DNA of 64,000 nt, taken from assembly GCA_036785375.1 (NCBI GenBank), contig JAWMAR010000136.1:1550001-1614000 (forward strand), given 5' to 3'. A program made the translations under genes and the position numbers. The notes beneath the pieces were generated by a model. The model was given only the letters and a program-made list of their open reading frames with translations. It did not search any database and was not told where the DNA came from. The first letter of the stretch is position 1; every line of letters begins with the position of its first letter. Shown piece by piece: positions 24,277 through 35,714 of the stretch. Source of the DNA: Leucoraja ocellata (Eukaryota).

Positions 24277-24773
24277 CTGCCAAATAAATCAGAATGCATG
24301 AATATCAGAAGTAGTAATAAATTCATCTAGCATCTGGATAGTTTAGTTAAGGATGGGAGGAGCTAAGTATGAGGAATAAATACCAGCAAAGATCGGTAAG
24401 GCTCTTTCAGTGCTTTAAACTTTACGCAGGGGTTACGCTCCTGAAATGGAGCATGTAATTCAAAGATACATAAATTAAATAAATACATTTATACATGTGT
24501 AACTTTGAGCGCAATATTTCAAAAATACAGCGCATAAATTTGATATTTGGTAATTAATTAAACACGTGCGTTATTTCCAAAACACATGTCAAACATGCAT
24601 AAAACGTGAGGTGCCTGTACTTCTATAATCAGTTTTGATTGCTACCAACTGAAACAATATGACTACCATTAATATTCCCTGGCACAAGTTCACACAGTAC
24701 AAGTTGATCAGTCTCAGCCATGCTTGGATATTGGCCGATGCTGTTCTAGTTTTGACCCAGTACCTGAACTTAC

Positions 24774-24835
24774 TGCCAATGGTTCTCACCTCTAGATACA
24801 TTTTAGAGGACATTTCAAGCTGATTCTCAATGCCC
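24774..24835 (-). CDS. IgSF receptor, predicted cytoplasmic exon (R)GIENQLEMSSKMYLEVRTIG
   Basis: cttttcatgttctcag| acceptor; only phase 2 is open; GCA|gtaagt donor gives phase 1 (an alternative donor GAG|gtgaga lies at 24790). Confidence 0.55.
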
Positions 24836-25117
24836 CTGAGAACATGAAAAGCAGCTTGAAAAGGTTTCAAACATTTTTTTAAATATAACAATTATTTAAA
24901 GTAGAAGATAAAATTAATTAAAAGCTCCTTGATGTTTTAGACATGGTAAATAAAGAAAAATAAGTGAACCACATACTAGCAATTTCATTTATATTTCATT
25001 CAGTGGCGGTGACCTCATTAATATGAATGTGGATGCTTTAGTAACAACAGTCAAGCATTTCACCACCAGTTGATTAGTCCATTGTGGAAAGGAGGTTTAA
25101 ATGTTTTGGTATCTGAC

Positions 25118-25145
25118 CTCTGATTTGCTTCTGAGATCAGCTGAA
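25118..25145 (-). CDS. IgSF receptor, predicted micro-exon (V)QLISEANQ
   Basis: cttccttatag|...GAG|gtcaga; 28 nt, phase 1->2, keeps the frame; weak donor. Confidence 0.45.
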
Positions 25146-26616
25146 CTATAAGGAAGTTGTCTTTGGAAGTTTTCTACCAAACTACAAAAAAAACAGAGCG
25201 TGGTTTGGCTCAAAGTTTTGTCGTGGTAATACTTTCATATGTACAATTTTGACATGTTTTGTGGCTTTGTTCCTGATTCCACCTTACTTTCGTTAACATC
25301 TTTTGTTTTTATTCCGAATAAAAATACGGATTGAATGCGAGCAAATGGGGCTAAGTATAGACAAGTACAATGGTCTGAATGGTCTGTGCAGGCAAAAAGC
25401 CTGTTTCTGTGCTATATAATTCTATAAATATTTAGTAGTTAGGATCATAAGTACTGAGTATTTCATTTTTTCCCTCTTGACCATAGCTGTAGTAAGTTGA
25501 TCCACACTCTGCCAGCCCCTATAACCAAATAACAATTACAGCACGGAAACAGGCCATCTCGGCCCTTCTAGTCCATGCCAAACACTTACTCTCACCTAGT
25601 CCCATCTACCTGCATTCAGACCGTAAGAACTATCAGCATCAAGCACAGAGCTTCATTGTCATATCCTCCCCTTGACCTAAAATTGCAGCATCACATGCTT
25701 TTTTAACCACAAATGATATACAGAATTGAATGTAGCTCTGCCACCACTACTGGGATGTAGTAATAACCGTTGTGCCTTAACGTTTGTTAGCGTGCCTCAA
25801 GGCTTATCTTACTGATTCTCTGAATAAAGTCTCAACGGTGCTGTTTACATTGGTTTATGGCTGGCATTAGAAAAAAGCAGGTGGTTGCATATGTGGTGCC
25901 TTGTAATGCATACTTAGAAATGTAAGTAACTACTTCACTATAAAGCATGCTGTAGTGTTCTCAGTAAAGAGATTCTGGCAACTCATTTAATAAACTGTTC
26001 TGTGAAAAATACAAGGCCGAGCAGCTTTGTAGCCTCAACACGTGCAAGATAGACTTGTACACGTGTTGCAGATGTGAATATTCTATTGCTGATGATGCTG
26101 AATGTGCAAATAGGAACCCTCTTGAAAATATGTTGCAAAGAAGGGATGAGCAAACTTTTGGGGGGATTTTAATGATTTTAATCTGGTCGCAGGCTTCACC
26201 ATGTCATTCATCCCACTCTGCCTTTGCAGGAAGCACAGAGCTGCAGCAGCTTTTATCCTTGTGATTATTTGAGCTTCCCAGCGAGGACTTTCACTGCACT
26301 CACTTTGCTCAGAGATGCAAATTCAAGATAAATCAAGATGGAATAGACAGGGTAGATGCACAGAATTTATTTTTACCCAAGAAGTAGGGGAATCAAGAAC
26401 CAGAGGACATAGATTGAAGGTGAGAGGGAAAGATTTAATAGGAATCTGAGGGGCAATGTTTTCACACAGAGGCTGGTGAGTAAATGGAACAAGCTGCCAG
26501 AGAAGGTAGTTGAGGCAGATACAACAACAACATTTAAGAGACATACATAGTTACATAGAAAATAGGTGCAGGTGTAGGCCATTTGGCCCTTCGAGTCAGC
26601 ACTGCCATTCAATGTG

Positions 26617-27058
26617 ATAGAAACATAGAAACATAGAAATTAGGTGCAGGAGTAGGCCATTCGGCCCTTCGAGCCTGCACCGCCATTCAATATGATCATG
26701 GCTGATCATCCAACTCAGTATCCCGTACCTGCCTTCTCTCCATACCCCCTGATCCCCTTAGCCACAAGGGCCACATCTAACTCCCTCTTAAATATAGCCA
26801 ATGAACTGGCCTCAACTACCCTCTGTGGCAGAGAGTTCCAGAGATTCACCACTCTCTGTGTGAAAAAAGTTCTTCTCATCTCGGTTTTAAAGGATTTCCC
26901 CCTTATCCTTAAGCTGTGACCCCTTGTCCTGGACTTCCCTAACATCGGGAACAATCTTCCTGCATCTAGCCTGTCCAACCCCTTAAGAATTTTGTAAGTT
27001 TCTATAAGATCCCCTCTCAATCTTCTAAATTCTAGAGAGTATAAACCAAGTCTATCAA
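26617..27058 (-). mobile_element. CR1/HER1-type LINE 3' end
   Basis: RGDLIETYKILKGLD...SRTRGHSL...FFTQRVVNLWNSLP; (tttctatg)n tail. Confidence 0.88.
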
Positions 27059-27061
27059 GTA

Positions 27062-27930
27062 TGATCGCGGCTGATCATCCACATTCAGTACCCCATTCCT
27101 GCCTTCTCCCCATATCCCTTGATTCCGCTAGCCCTAAGAGTTCTATCTAACTCTCTTTTGAATGCATCCAGTGAGTCGGCTTCCACTGCCTTCTGAGGCA
27201 GAGAATTCCACAAATTCACAACTCTCTGGTTGAAAACGTTTTTCCTCATCTCAGTTCTAAATGGCCCACCCCTTCTTAAACTGTAGCCCCTGGTTCTGGA
27301 CTCCCCCAACATCGGGACCATGTTGCCTGCATCTAGCGTGCCCAATCCCTTAATAATTTTATATGTTTCTATAAGATCACCTCTCACCCTAAATTCCAGT
27401 GAATACAAGCCCAGTCGTTCCATTCTTTCATCATATGACAGTCCTGCCATCCGTGTGAATTTACGCTGCACTTCCTCAATAGCAAGAATGTCCTTCCTCA
27501 AAATTGTAGACCAAAACTGTACGCAATACTTCAGGTGTGGTCTCACCAGGGCCCTATACAACTGCAGAAGTACCTCTTTGCTCATATACTCAAATCCTCT
27601 CATTATGAAGGTCAACATGCCATTCACATTCTTCACTGCCTGCTACAACTGAATGCTTACTTTCATTGACTGATGAACAAGGACACCCAGGTCTCATTGC
27701 ACTTCCCCTTTACCTAATCTGACACCATTCAGATAATGATCTGCCTTCTTGTTCTTGCCACCAAAGTGGATATCCTCACATGTATCCACATTATACTGCA
27801 TCTGCCCACTCACCCAACCTATCCAAGTCATCCTGCATCCTCATAGCATCCTCTTCACAGTCACACTGCCACCCAGCTTTGTGTCATCTGCAAATTTGCT
27901 AATGCTACTTTTAATTCCTTCATCTAAATC
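27062..27930 (-). mobile_element. CR1/HER1-type LINE 3' fragment (RT C-terminus), degenerate
   Basis: ISKFADDTKLGG, LYRALVRPHLKYCVQFW, RGDLIETYK motifs. Confidence 0.88.
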
Positions 27931-28491
27931 ATGAATAGGTATTTGAACTTGTACATGGACAGGGAAGGTAGAGGTATATGGGGCAAATGCCGGCAGGTGG
28001 GACTAGTGTAGCTGGGGCACTTCAGTTGTCATGGGCAAGTAGGGTCAAAGGGTAGTTACCATGCTATATGTCACTGTGACTATATTTCAGACCACATAGT
28101 AGATCACATTTATGCATCCACCTACTGCGAAAAAACCCCAAAATCAATGAACGTGCATCTGCTTAATACCTATCTTCCCCATACGTGTTCAAGTACTCCT
28201 CTGCAGCTCTCCCCAGTGTCCACAGTGTGATGGTTTTTAATTTAGTTTTAGTTTTCGGGATGCAGCATGCAAACAGGCCCTTTGGCCCACCGAGGCCAGG
28301 CTGATTATTGCTCTCCCATTCCCACTAGTTCTAGGTTATCTCACTCTCTTCCTCGCTCTTTAAACATTTTGGGCAATTTACAGAAGTCACCTAGCCTACA
28401 AACCTGCATGTCTCTGGGATGTGGGAGGAAACCTACATGCTTCCAATTGAAGGGAATCCCATTTTCCTGAAGGACCCTCAGGGTTAGCCCT

Positions 28492-28720
28492 TGTGGTATT
28501 ATGCAATAATAGTGTAAGGCTGAGCAGAGGGGCACTAGGACCCTGTGTGCCAGAAGCCAGGCTCCAGTAACTGGATGTGTCTGGAACCCAGGGTGTGGGC
28601 AGTTAGAGAGAGTTGCCTGGGCTTACACGAGGCTGTTGCAGTTGCTGCTGTTATTGTACAGATTAAAGATATACTCTGTTTACGTCGTGGTACGAGCCTT
28701 ATTACAAGCATAACTCGACA
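28492..28720 (+). repeat. 5' LTR
   Basis: direct repeat of 33016-33244 with one mismatch (T28572 vs C33096). Confidence 0.96.
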
Positions 28721-28817
28721 TGGTGCCAGAACTGGGAGACTTGTAAGCAAGAAAATAATTAAAGAAGAAGAGGACGGTGTATCGTTTTGGCGGGAAATAG
28801 GAGACGATCTGGCAGAT

Positions 28818-31800
28818 ATGGCGCAACTTACACCCACTGCTACGTTCACAATACAACCTCCAGAGCCATTCGATTTTACCAAGCCTCAAGAATGGGAGCG
28901 TTGGATCAGGAGATTCGACCGCTTCAGGCTTGCAAGCAATTTAAACGCGACGTCGGCAGAAAACCAGGTGAACACGTTAGTGTATTGCATGGGCGATGAA
29001 GCAGAAGATGTGCTAAAGGGGCTAACGCTAACTGCAGATGAGAGGAGGGTGTACACGGATGTCAAGGCAGGCTTTGATGCATTTTTTGTGCCTAAAAAGA
29101 ATGTGATCTATGAAAGAGCCAAGTTCAATCAGCGTGTGCAACTGCCAGGAGAAACGGTGGATTCCTTCATCACTGCTCTATACGGATTAGCCGAACACTG
29201 CAACTATGGACAGTTACAGAACGAGCTGATCCGCGACAGGTTAGTGGTTGGGCTGAGAAACGTCTCATTGTCCGAAAAGCTACAGCTAGACAGAGACCTA
29301 ACCCTTGAAACTGCTATAACAAAGACAAGGCAGTCTGAAGAAGTTAGACGACAGCGGTTTGACTTAAGAGGAGAAAATAGCGGTGCTAGCACGTGCTCAA
29401 ATGTTGATGCTGTGCATGCTAAAAGCTACAGAAAACCCAAATTTCCCTCAAAGCCTCAGCCACAAGCACAAACACCAGGCAAAAATAAATTTGATACACA
29501 GCCACAGCCAGGTTCAAAGGCCTGCTATAGATGTGGAAAAATGCCCTCGCATGGAAAATTGGAATGCCCTGCTAAAGATGCTGCGTGTCACAACTGTGGC
29601 AAAAAGGGACATTATGGCAAAGTGTGCAGAAACGGTGCTAAATCTCTCAATGCTGTCACTACAGAGGAAGAAGAGAGCTTTTTCCTGGGATCCGTGGATG
29701 CTGGAAAAGACCCGTGGACGGTGCAGCTACAAGTGAGACAAAAAAAAGTGTGCTTTAAAATAGATACTGGTGCTGATGTCACCGCCATGCCAGCGGAGGT
29801 GTACCATGACATTACAGGGGGGCATGATGTGAAGTGCCTGGCAGTGTCGACACGCCCATTGTTTGGGCCAGGGGGCAATGCACTCTCTGTCCTGGGCGTA
29901 GCCAGAGAAACACTGCGCAGAGGCAACAAGACAGCCATAGAGGACATTTATGTAGTAAAAGACCTCCACACTGCACTGTTGGGAAGACCTGCCATAGAAA
30001 GGCTTCAGCTTGTGTGCAGGGTTGACGGCATCACCTTGGAATCTGTGAGACAACAATATCCGAAGCTGTGTAGCGGCTTGGGTCTTGTTCGGAGGCCATA
30101 CTCAATTAAATTGAAGCCAGAGGCTGTGCCCTTCTCTCTCCACACGCCATGCAGAGTCCCTCTGCCGCTTATGGGAAAAGTGAAGGAGAAGATAGACCGT
30201 ATGGAAAAGATGGGCGTAATCACCAAGATTGAGGAGCCGACTGATTGGTGTGCCGGGATGGTGGTGGTGCCGAAAAAAACAGGTGATGTTCGCATTTGTG
30301 TGGACTTCACAATGATGAATGGATCAGTATGCAGAGAAAAGTTTATCCTACCTTCTGTCGAGCACACTCTGGGCATGCTAGCTGGGGCAACAGTGTTCAG
30401 CAAATTAGATGCCAACATGGGCTTTTGGCAAGTACCATTGACAAAAGAGTCTGCCAAATACACCACCTTCATCACGCCTTTTGGGCGCTACTATTTTAAC
30501 CGTCTACCCTTTGGCATAGCATCAGCCCCCGAGCACTTTCAAAGGATGATGATGACAGAAGTGACCGGTGGCCTGGAGGGGGTACTGTGTCATATGGATG
30601 ACATCCTGGTCTGGGGACAGACGCAGGAGGAGCATGATGTGCGGCTACATGCGGTGCTAGAGAAGGCACAAAAGGCCGGCATTACGCTCAACATGGACAA
30701 ATGTGAGCTCACACGCCACACAGTCAGATTCCTGGGTCATGTAATTTCAGCAGATGGAGTGAAGCCAGATCCAGAGAAGACGAGAGCAGTACAAGAGATG
30801 GATGCACCCAAAAATGTCAGCGAACTCAGGAGTTTTCTGGGCATGGTCAATCAGCTGGGCCGCTTCTTGCCAAACCTGGCTGAAAAAGACAAAGTGCTAC
30901 GAGACCTGCTGTCCAAGAAGAACCACTGGTACTGGGGGACAGAGCAGCAGGCCGCCTTTGATCAGTTAAAAACAGAGCTGTCATCCACACCAGTGCTCAC
31001 ATTATATAACCCAAACAGTGCTCTAAAGATCTCTGCTGATGCCTCTTCCTTTGGCCTGGGGGCAGTCCTGCTGCAGAAGAGCGATGCCATGTGGTCACCT
31101 GTGGCATATGCGTCCAGGGCAATGACACCAACAGAGCAGCGCTATGCTCAAGTAGAAAAGGAGGCATTGGCTGCGACGTGGGCATGTGAAAGGTTCAGCT
31201 GTTTCATCCTGGGAAGACCATTCGAGCTGGAAACTGACCACAAGCCGTTGGTGAGTCTGCTGGGAGGGAAAGCTTTGGATGACCTCCCACCAAGAATCCA
31301 AAGATTTAGGATGAGACTCATGAGGTACAGCTATACAGTAGATCATGTCCCTGGCAAAAGCCTGTGGACAGCCGACACCTTATCTCGTGCTCCTCTGAGA
31401 GCCGCAAGAACACACACAGACACAAGCCTACTAGAGGACACCAACATCTATGTAGACTCTGTCATCAGCAACATTCCTGTCAGTGGAGATTATCTGAGCA
31501 GCCTACGGGAGCACCTACAGGCAGACAGCACATGCTCTGCACTGATGGAGTACTGCACAGACGGCTGGCCCGACAAAAGCCAACTGCAGGGAGTGCTGAG
31601 ACATTACTGGGCTGATAGAGCAGTGCTGACTGTGCACGATGGGCTGCTGCTGCGGGGCACGAGGCTCGTCATCCCATCAGCCTTACAAGGTGATGTGCTG
31701 CAGAGACTACACGAAGGACACCTGGGGGTGACAAAGTGCAGGGGCCGGGCCAAACAGACGGTATGGTGGCCAGGACTCAGCAGCCAGCTGAATGACATGG

Positions 31801-32768
31801 TGCTGAAATGTAGAACCTGCATCCAAGAGCGAAGGAACGTCAAAGAGCCACTGATGCCAACGGAGATGCCAGACAGGCCTTGGCAAACCTTGGGAGCTGA
31901 CCTATTCACGCTGAAAAACAAGACTTATCTATTAGTCGTAGATTATTTCTCAAGATATGTGGAAGTTGCGCTACTATCACCCACAAGGTCCACAGATGTG
32001 GTGGTGCACCTGAAATCCATATTTGCTCGTCATGGAATTTGTGAATTTCTTAAAAGTGACAATGGGCCCCAGTTCTCAGGTAGCCACTTTAAATCCTTTG
32101 CAGCAGAGTATGGCTTTATGCACATCACGAGCAGCCGCAGGTTTCCTCAGAGCAATGGGGAGGCGGAACGCGCTGTACAAACCGTGAAAAACCTGCTAAC
32201 AAAGGCGTCAGACCCATATCTTGCATTGCTGGCCTACAGAGCAACCCCTCTACGGAACGGCTATAGCCCGGCTGAGCTGTTGATGGGGCGCCGCCTCCGC
32301 ACTACAGTTCCTGCCCTTCCAACCCTGCTGAATCCAGTTTTGCCTGACTACAACGCGCTGGGGGCCAAAGAAAGGGAGAAGAGGTGGAACGACGCAAGAT
32401 CCTTTGACAAGAGGCACGGAGCGAGAAATCTGGAGCCACTGATACCTGGGGAGGATGTGTGGATCACCGATGCACGAGTCCAGGGCAAAGTGCTATCTAC
32501 ACACAATGCACCTCGCTCTTATATCGTCCAGGTGCCTCAGGGCACACTGAGGAGGAACCGGCAGCACTTGGTGCCGCTGCAGACCAACAGTGAGGTAGTC
32601 GACGCGGATGAGCCACCGGTGGGAGAAGAGCCAGCTCCAACAGAGCCAGCTCCACCAGACCCAGCTCCACCAGTGACAGCATCTCCCAGCGGAGAGGGCC
32701 CCACCACAGAGACTGTGCGGACAAGGTGTGGGAGAGAGGTTAGAAAGCCGAAGAGACTTGATTTGTGA
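28818..32768 (+). CDS. single-ORF Gag-Pol polyprotein (~1316 aa): Gag with two Cys/His knuckles, protease (DTG), RT (HMDD), RNase H, integrase (HHCC, DDE)
   Basis: uninterrupted ORF; first in-frame ATG after the PBS (MAQLTPT); CHNCGKKGHYGKVC, KIDTGA, RLPFGIASAPEHFQ, CHMDDIL, ADAS, HEGHLG...CRTC, SDNGPQF; PR-RT-RH-IN order. Confidence 0.95.
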   Translation: MAQLTPTATFTIQPPEPFDFTKPQEWERWIRRFDRFRLASNLNATSAENQVNTLVYCMGDEAEDVLKGLTLTADERRVYTDVKAGFDAFFVPKKNVIYERAKFNQRVQLPGETVDSFITALYGLAEHCNYGQLQNELIRDRLVVGLRNVSLSEKLQLDRDLTLETAITKTRQSEEVRRQRFDLRGENSGASTCSNVDAVHAKSYRKPKFPSKPQPQAQTPGKNKFDTQPQPGSKACYRCGKMPSHGKLECPAKDAACHNCGKKGHYGKVCRNGAKSLNAVTTEEEESFFLGSVDAGKDPWTVQLQVRQKKVCFKIDTGADVTAMPAEVYHDITGGHDVKCLAVSTRPLFGPGGNALSVLGVARETLRRGNKTAIEDIYVVKDLHTALLGRPAIERLQLVCRVDGITLESVRQQYPKLCSGLGLVRRPYSIKLKPEAVPFSLHTPCRVPLPLMGKVKEKIDRMEKMGVITKIEEPTDWCAGMVVVPKKTGDVRICVDFTMMNGSVCREKFILPSVEHTLGMLAGATVFSKLDANMGFWQVPLTKESAKYTTFITPFGRYYFNRLPFGIASAPEHFQRMMMTEVTGGLEGVLCHMDDILVWGQTQEEHDVRLHAVLEKAQKAGITLNMDKCELTRHTVRFLGHVISADGVKPDPEKTRAVQEMDAPKNVSELRSFLGMVNQLGRFLPNLAEKDKVLRDLLSKKNHWYWGTEQQAAFDQLKTELSSTPVLTLYNPNSALKISADASSFGLGAVLLQKSDAMWSPVAYASRAMTPTEQRYAQVEKEALAATWACERFSCFILGRPFELETDHKPLVSLLGGKALDDLPPRIQRFRMRLMRYSYTVDHVPGKSLWTADTLSRAPLRAARTHTDTSLLEDTNIYVDSVISNIPVSGDYLSSLREHLQADSTCSALMEYCTDGWPDKSQLQGVLRHYWADRAVLTVHDGLLLRGTRLVIPSALQGDVLQRLHEGHLGVTKCRGRAKQTVWWPGLSSQLNDMVLKCRTCIQERRNVKEPLMPTEMPDRPWQTLGADLFTLKNKTYLLVVDYFSRYVEVALLSPTRSTDVVVHLKSIFARHGICEFLKSDNGPQFSGSHFKSFAAEYGFMHITSSRRFPQSNGEAERAVQTVKNLLTKASDPYLALLAYRATPLRNGYSPAELLMGRRLRTTVPALPTLLNPVLPDYNALGAKEREKRWNDARSFDKRHGARNLEPLIPGEDVWITDARVQGKVLSTHNAPRSYIVQVPQGTLRRNRQHLVPLQTNSEVVDADEPPVGEEPAPTEPAPPDPAPPVTASPSGEGPTTETVRTRCGREVRKPKRLDL

Positions 32769-33015
32769 TTTATTGATCTGTTTTCTACAATAAAGAAAAA
32801 GAGAGAGTGAAATGTGATGTGAAAATGTTCTGTAAACCTGTTACATTTACCTGAAACCTGAAAGAATAGTTCACAGTATGGTAACGTGTAAGTTATTTTA
32901 TTTCTATTTTGCATGCTTAGATCAGGGACAGGTCTTCCAGCAAAAGGGCAGAATAAACCCCTTAAGACCTGCAGAGACAAAGGTAGTCCACCCTTTGTTC
33001 TCAAAGAAAGGGAGA

Positions 33016-33244
33016 TGTGGTATTATGCAATAATAGTGTAAGGCTGAGCAGAGGGGCACTAGGACCCTGTGTGCCAGAAGCCAGGCTCCAGTAACCGGAT
33101 GTGTCTGGAACCCAGGGTGTGGGCAGTTAGAGAGAGTTGCCTGGGCTTACACGAGGCTGTTGCAGTTGCTGCTGTTATTGTACAGATTAAAGATATACTC
33201 TGTTTACGTCGTGGTACGAGCCTTATTACAAGCATAACTCGACA
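33016..33244 (+). repeat. 3' LTR
   Basis: direct repeat of 28492-28720. Confidence 0.96.
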
Positions 33245-34017
33245 GCCCTTACTAGCTGTTACACACCAGCTTCTCAGGAAGATAAGCATTGCCAGGAGGT
33301 ATAAGACCAAGGTCCACCTTATTAGCCTTTTACCAATCTGTAAACTGCCTCATACAATGCTGTTGACTGATCAGAGAAATACATTCCAATTACAAGTCAA
33401 GAAATGTTTTGAGGAAAATTATTGAAATGTAGGAGAGCCAAATGTCAAAAGTCACCCGCATTGTCTGAAGCATGCTACACTTACCACATAGAACGCAGGA
33501 CAGCACAAGAACAGGCCTTGTGGCCCATGATGTCTGTGCCGACATGATGGCAGACCATCTCTTCTCTACCTCCATGTAATCCATATCTCTCCATTCCCTA
33601 TTGTTTTGCCTAGTAACTTGCATAATAACCACAATCTTCCATCAGTTTAATGCTTGTATTATGTTATCTACCAATGTCACATTTTACTGTAATTTATGTC
33701 CTGTTTCATATTATCTGCCAGGCTGTTGTTTTAGATGGGTGGTGGTGCTAGGACGGGGTAGGAGTCGAGGCTCTGGGCTGATGATCAGGATTGAGGTGGG
33801 ATGGTTTTGAGGAAAGCTGGGCATGGGGGTTGAGATAATGGACAATGACTAATGCTTGGACTCTCAGATACTGGTCCAAATAAAGTTGTATCCTTTAGAA
33901 CTGCTGAAGAAGCGTTAACCCGCTGATTACATTTTAGTTCAATGCTCTTTTGGTCTCACATGTACAGTTGAACTTTTCACAATTGACATTGAATAGTTAG
34001 TGTACTCTGTCTGATAC

Positions 34018-34284
34018 AACACCAGACACACTGGTTCGATCCTGACCACGGGTGCTGTCTGTATGGAGTTTGGACATTCACCCTGTGACCACTTTGGTTA
34101 CCTCCAGTTGCTCCGGTTTCCTCACACATTCCAAAGACGTGCAGGTTTGTAGGTTAATTGGCTTCTGTAAATTGTCCTTCATGTGCAGGGTAGAACTTGT
34201 GTACAGGTGTTTGTTGGTCTGTGCAGGCTCAGTGGGCCTAAGGGCCTGTTTCCATGCTGTATCTCTAAACTAAACTAAACTAAA
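34018..34284 (+). mobile_element. HE1-like SINE with (CTAAA)n tail
   Basis: ggttcgatcctgac B-box-like motif, conserved core, ctaaactaaactaaac tail. Confidence 0.75.
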
Positions 34285-34308
34285 CACAGTTGCATATAAT
34301 ATACATAC

Positions 34309-34352
34309 CTAACTCCTTGTTGCAGTTTTCATCCCTGTGCATGTTTTCAGGA
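34309..34352 (-). CDS. IgSF receptor, predicted cytoplasmic exon (H)PENMHRDENCNKEL
   Basis: tcttttttatttctatctgttcaag|...TAG|gtatgt; 44 nt, phase 2->1. Confidence 0.6.
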
Positions 34353-35533
34353 CTTGAACAGATAGAAATAAAAAAGACAAAATCAATACAGGGTAGAAAG
34401 AATTTTAAAAGAGAATATTATTAGCCTTATTTCATTCTTCTATTGTCTAATGACATTGTATACGTGGTAAAAAAGTGACAGTCTTATGCATTTTAATAAC
34501 TTGCACAATTCCCACAACCATGTATCGCTTTATGGCTTGAACGATGTTACCAGCCAATGTCATAATGCACAGTCTGTCACCTTTGTCCAGACTTCCTTTC
34601 CATACAGAGTAATTCATCATCTTTTTACTATGTATTCAATTACATCCAAAGCACTTACCATGGTTATGTCACCCATTTGAAATGAGTAAATGGTGTTTAA
34701 TGTAAAGCCATTGAAGAATAACATTTATTAATGGGGATGGGACATAAGGATTTTCCTCTCTTGAAAGTATTAAATCCCATCATTTGACCAAATTAGTGTT
34801 GTTAAAATTAGCAACAAATAAAAAAACTACAAGTTGCTGATGAGCTGACTGAATGTTCGAGGGGAATTACTGATCGTCCAACAAAAACCTTGACCAGGCA
34901 CAGTTTAGAGTCATCATCGGGTAGTGCAGCCAACAGTGATAGCAGTTGTGACATTTCTAATCATTGTTCATCTTAGGTATTTTGGGCTCTGGTGCAACAG
35001 GGGTTGAGAGAATGAAAAAATACACTAAGCCTGAAAGACACCTAATGCTTGGACTCTCAGATGGGAAATATTCTCAGGGATTAAAGTGTAGTAAGATGTT
35101 TGGAAGAAAACTGTTGGACACCTCAGTAATGCATACAGAGTTGCATATGGAGACTGGTGATAGCGAAAGTGAAATATTCTGAGCTACCAGTGTTTTGTCA
35201 GTGCAATTAATGCCTTTACATTGTCTTTAGTTCTTCCTCTAATTCCAATTGAAAGCATTAATTCTATCACCCACTGGGAAACACCCATCTCATTGTCACG
35301 CATTTTGGTTAGGCGTTGTTCCCTTTGGAGGTTTTCAATTACATTTTCTTATATTTTCTGTAGATAACAAACATAAGAATTGGGCGTGTAGAATAAACAT
35401 GGACAAATGAAGCTTTTCATAGACCCCTACACTGATTTATGTTGTTATACATCAACTTTTACTTCTGAAATATGTTAAATCATGAAGGTTTGCAGTAATT
35501 TTCTGACACTGTTAGCATCAACTTCTCATTTAC

Positions 35534-35557
35534 TGCATTTCAGTAGAATTTGGGGTT
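35534..35557 (-). CDS. IgSF receptor, predicted micro-exon (R)TPNSTEM
   Basis: atcattcccag|...GCA|gtaaat; 24 nt, phase 2->2. Confidence 0.5.
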
Positions 35558-35686
35558 CTGGGAATGATATAAATTAGTACTTGAGTGATCTGGTGGAATG
35601 TGAAATAATTAAACAAACTGTACAATATTATAAATATATTAATCAAATGTTTTCACATAATGTTAAAATTAAATCAAAGTTCTTAC

Positions 35687-35714
35687 CTCAGCTCAATGGT
35701 TACATTGACTGGAT
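35687..35714 (-). CDS. IgSF receptor, first cytoplasmic micro-exon (D)PVNVTIEL
   Basis: ttttctttccctttccccag|...GAG|gtaaga; very strong sites; 28 nt, phase 1->2. Confidence 0.75.

Larger units (their letters stand above)
28492..33244 (+). mobile_element. full-length Ty3/Gypsy LTR retrotransposon (Mag-like), antisense within an IgSF intron
   Basis: 229-bp TG...CA LTRs (28492-28720, 33016-33244), 5-bp TSD GCCCT (28487-28491, 33245-33249), PBS tggtgccagaactggga at 28721, PPT aaagaaagggaga at 33003-33015. Confidence 0.97.

Noticed and set aside
25812-25860. Minus-strand exon-like segment with good acceptor and donor
   Set aside because: Stop codons in all three frames.
28545-28817. N-terminal extension of the 1407-aa ORF call
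   Set aside because: It starts at a GTG inside the 5' LTR and runs through the PBS; the same peptide recurs in the 3' LTR. The real Gag start is probably ATG 28818.
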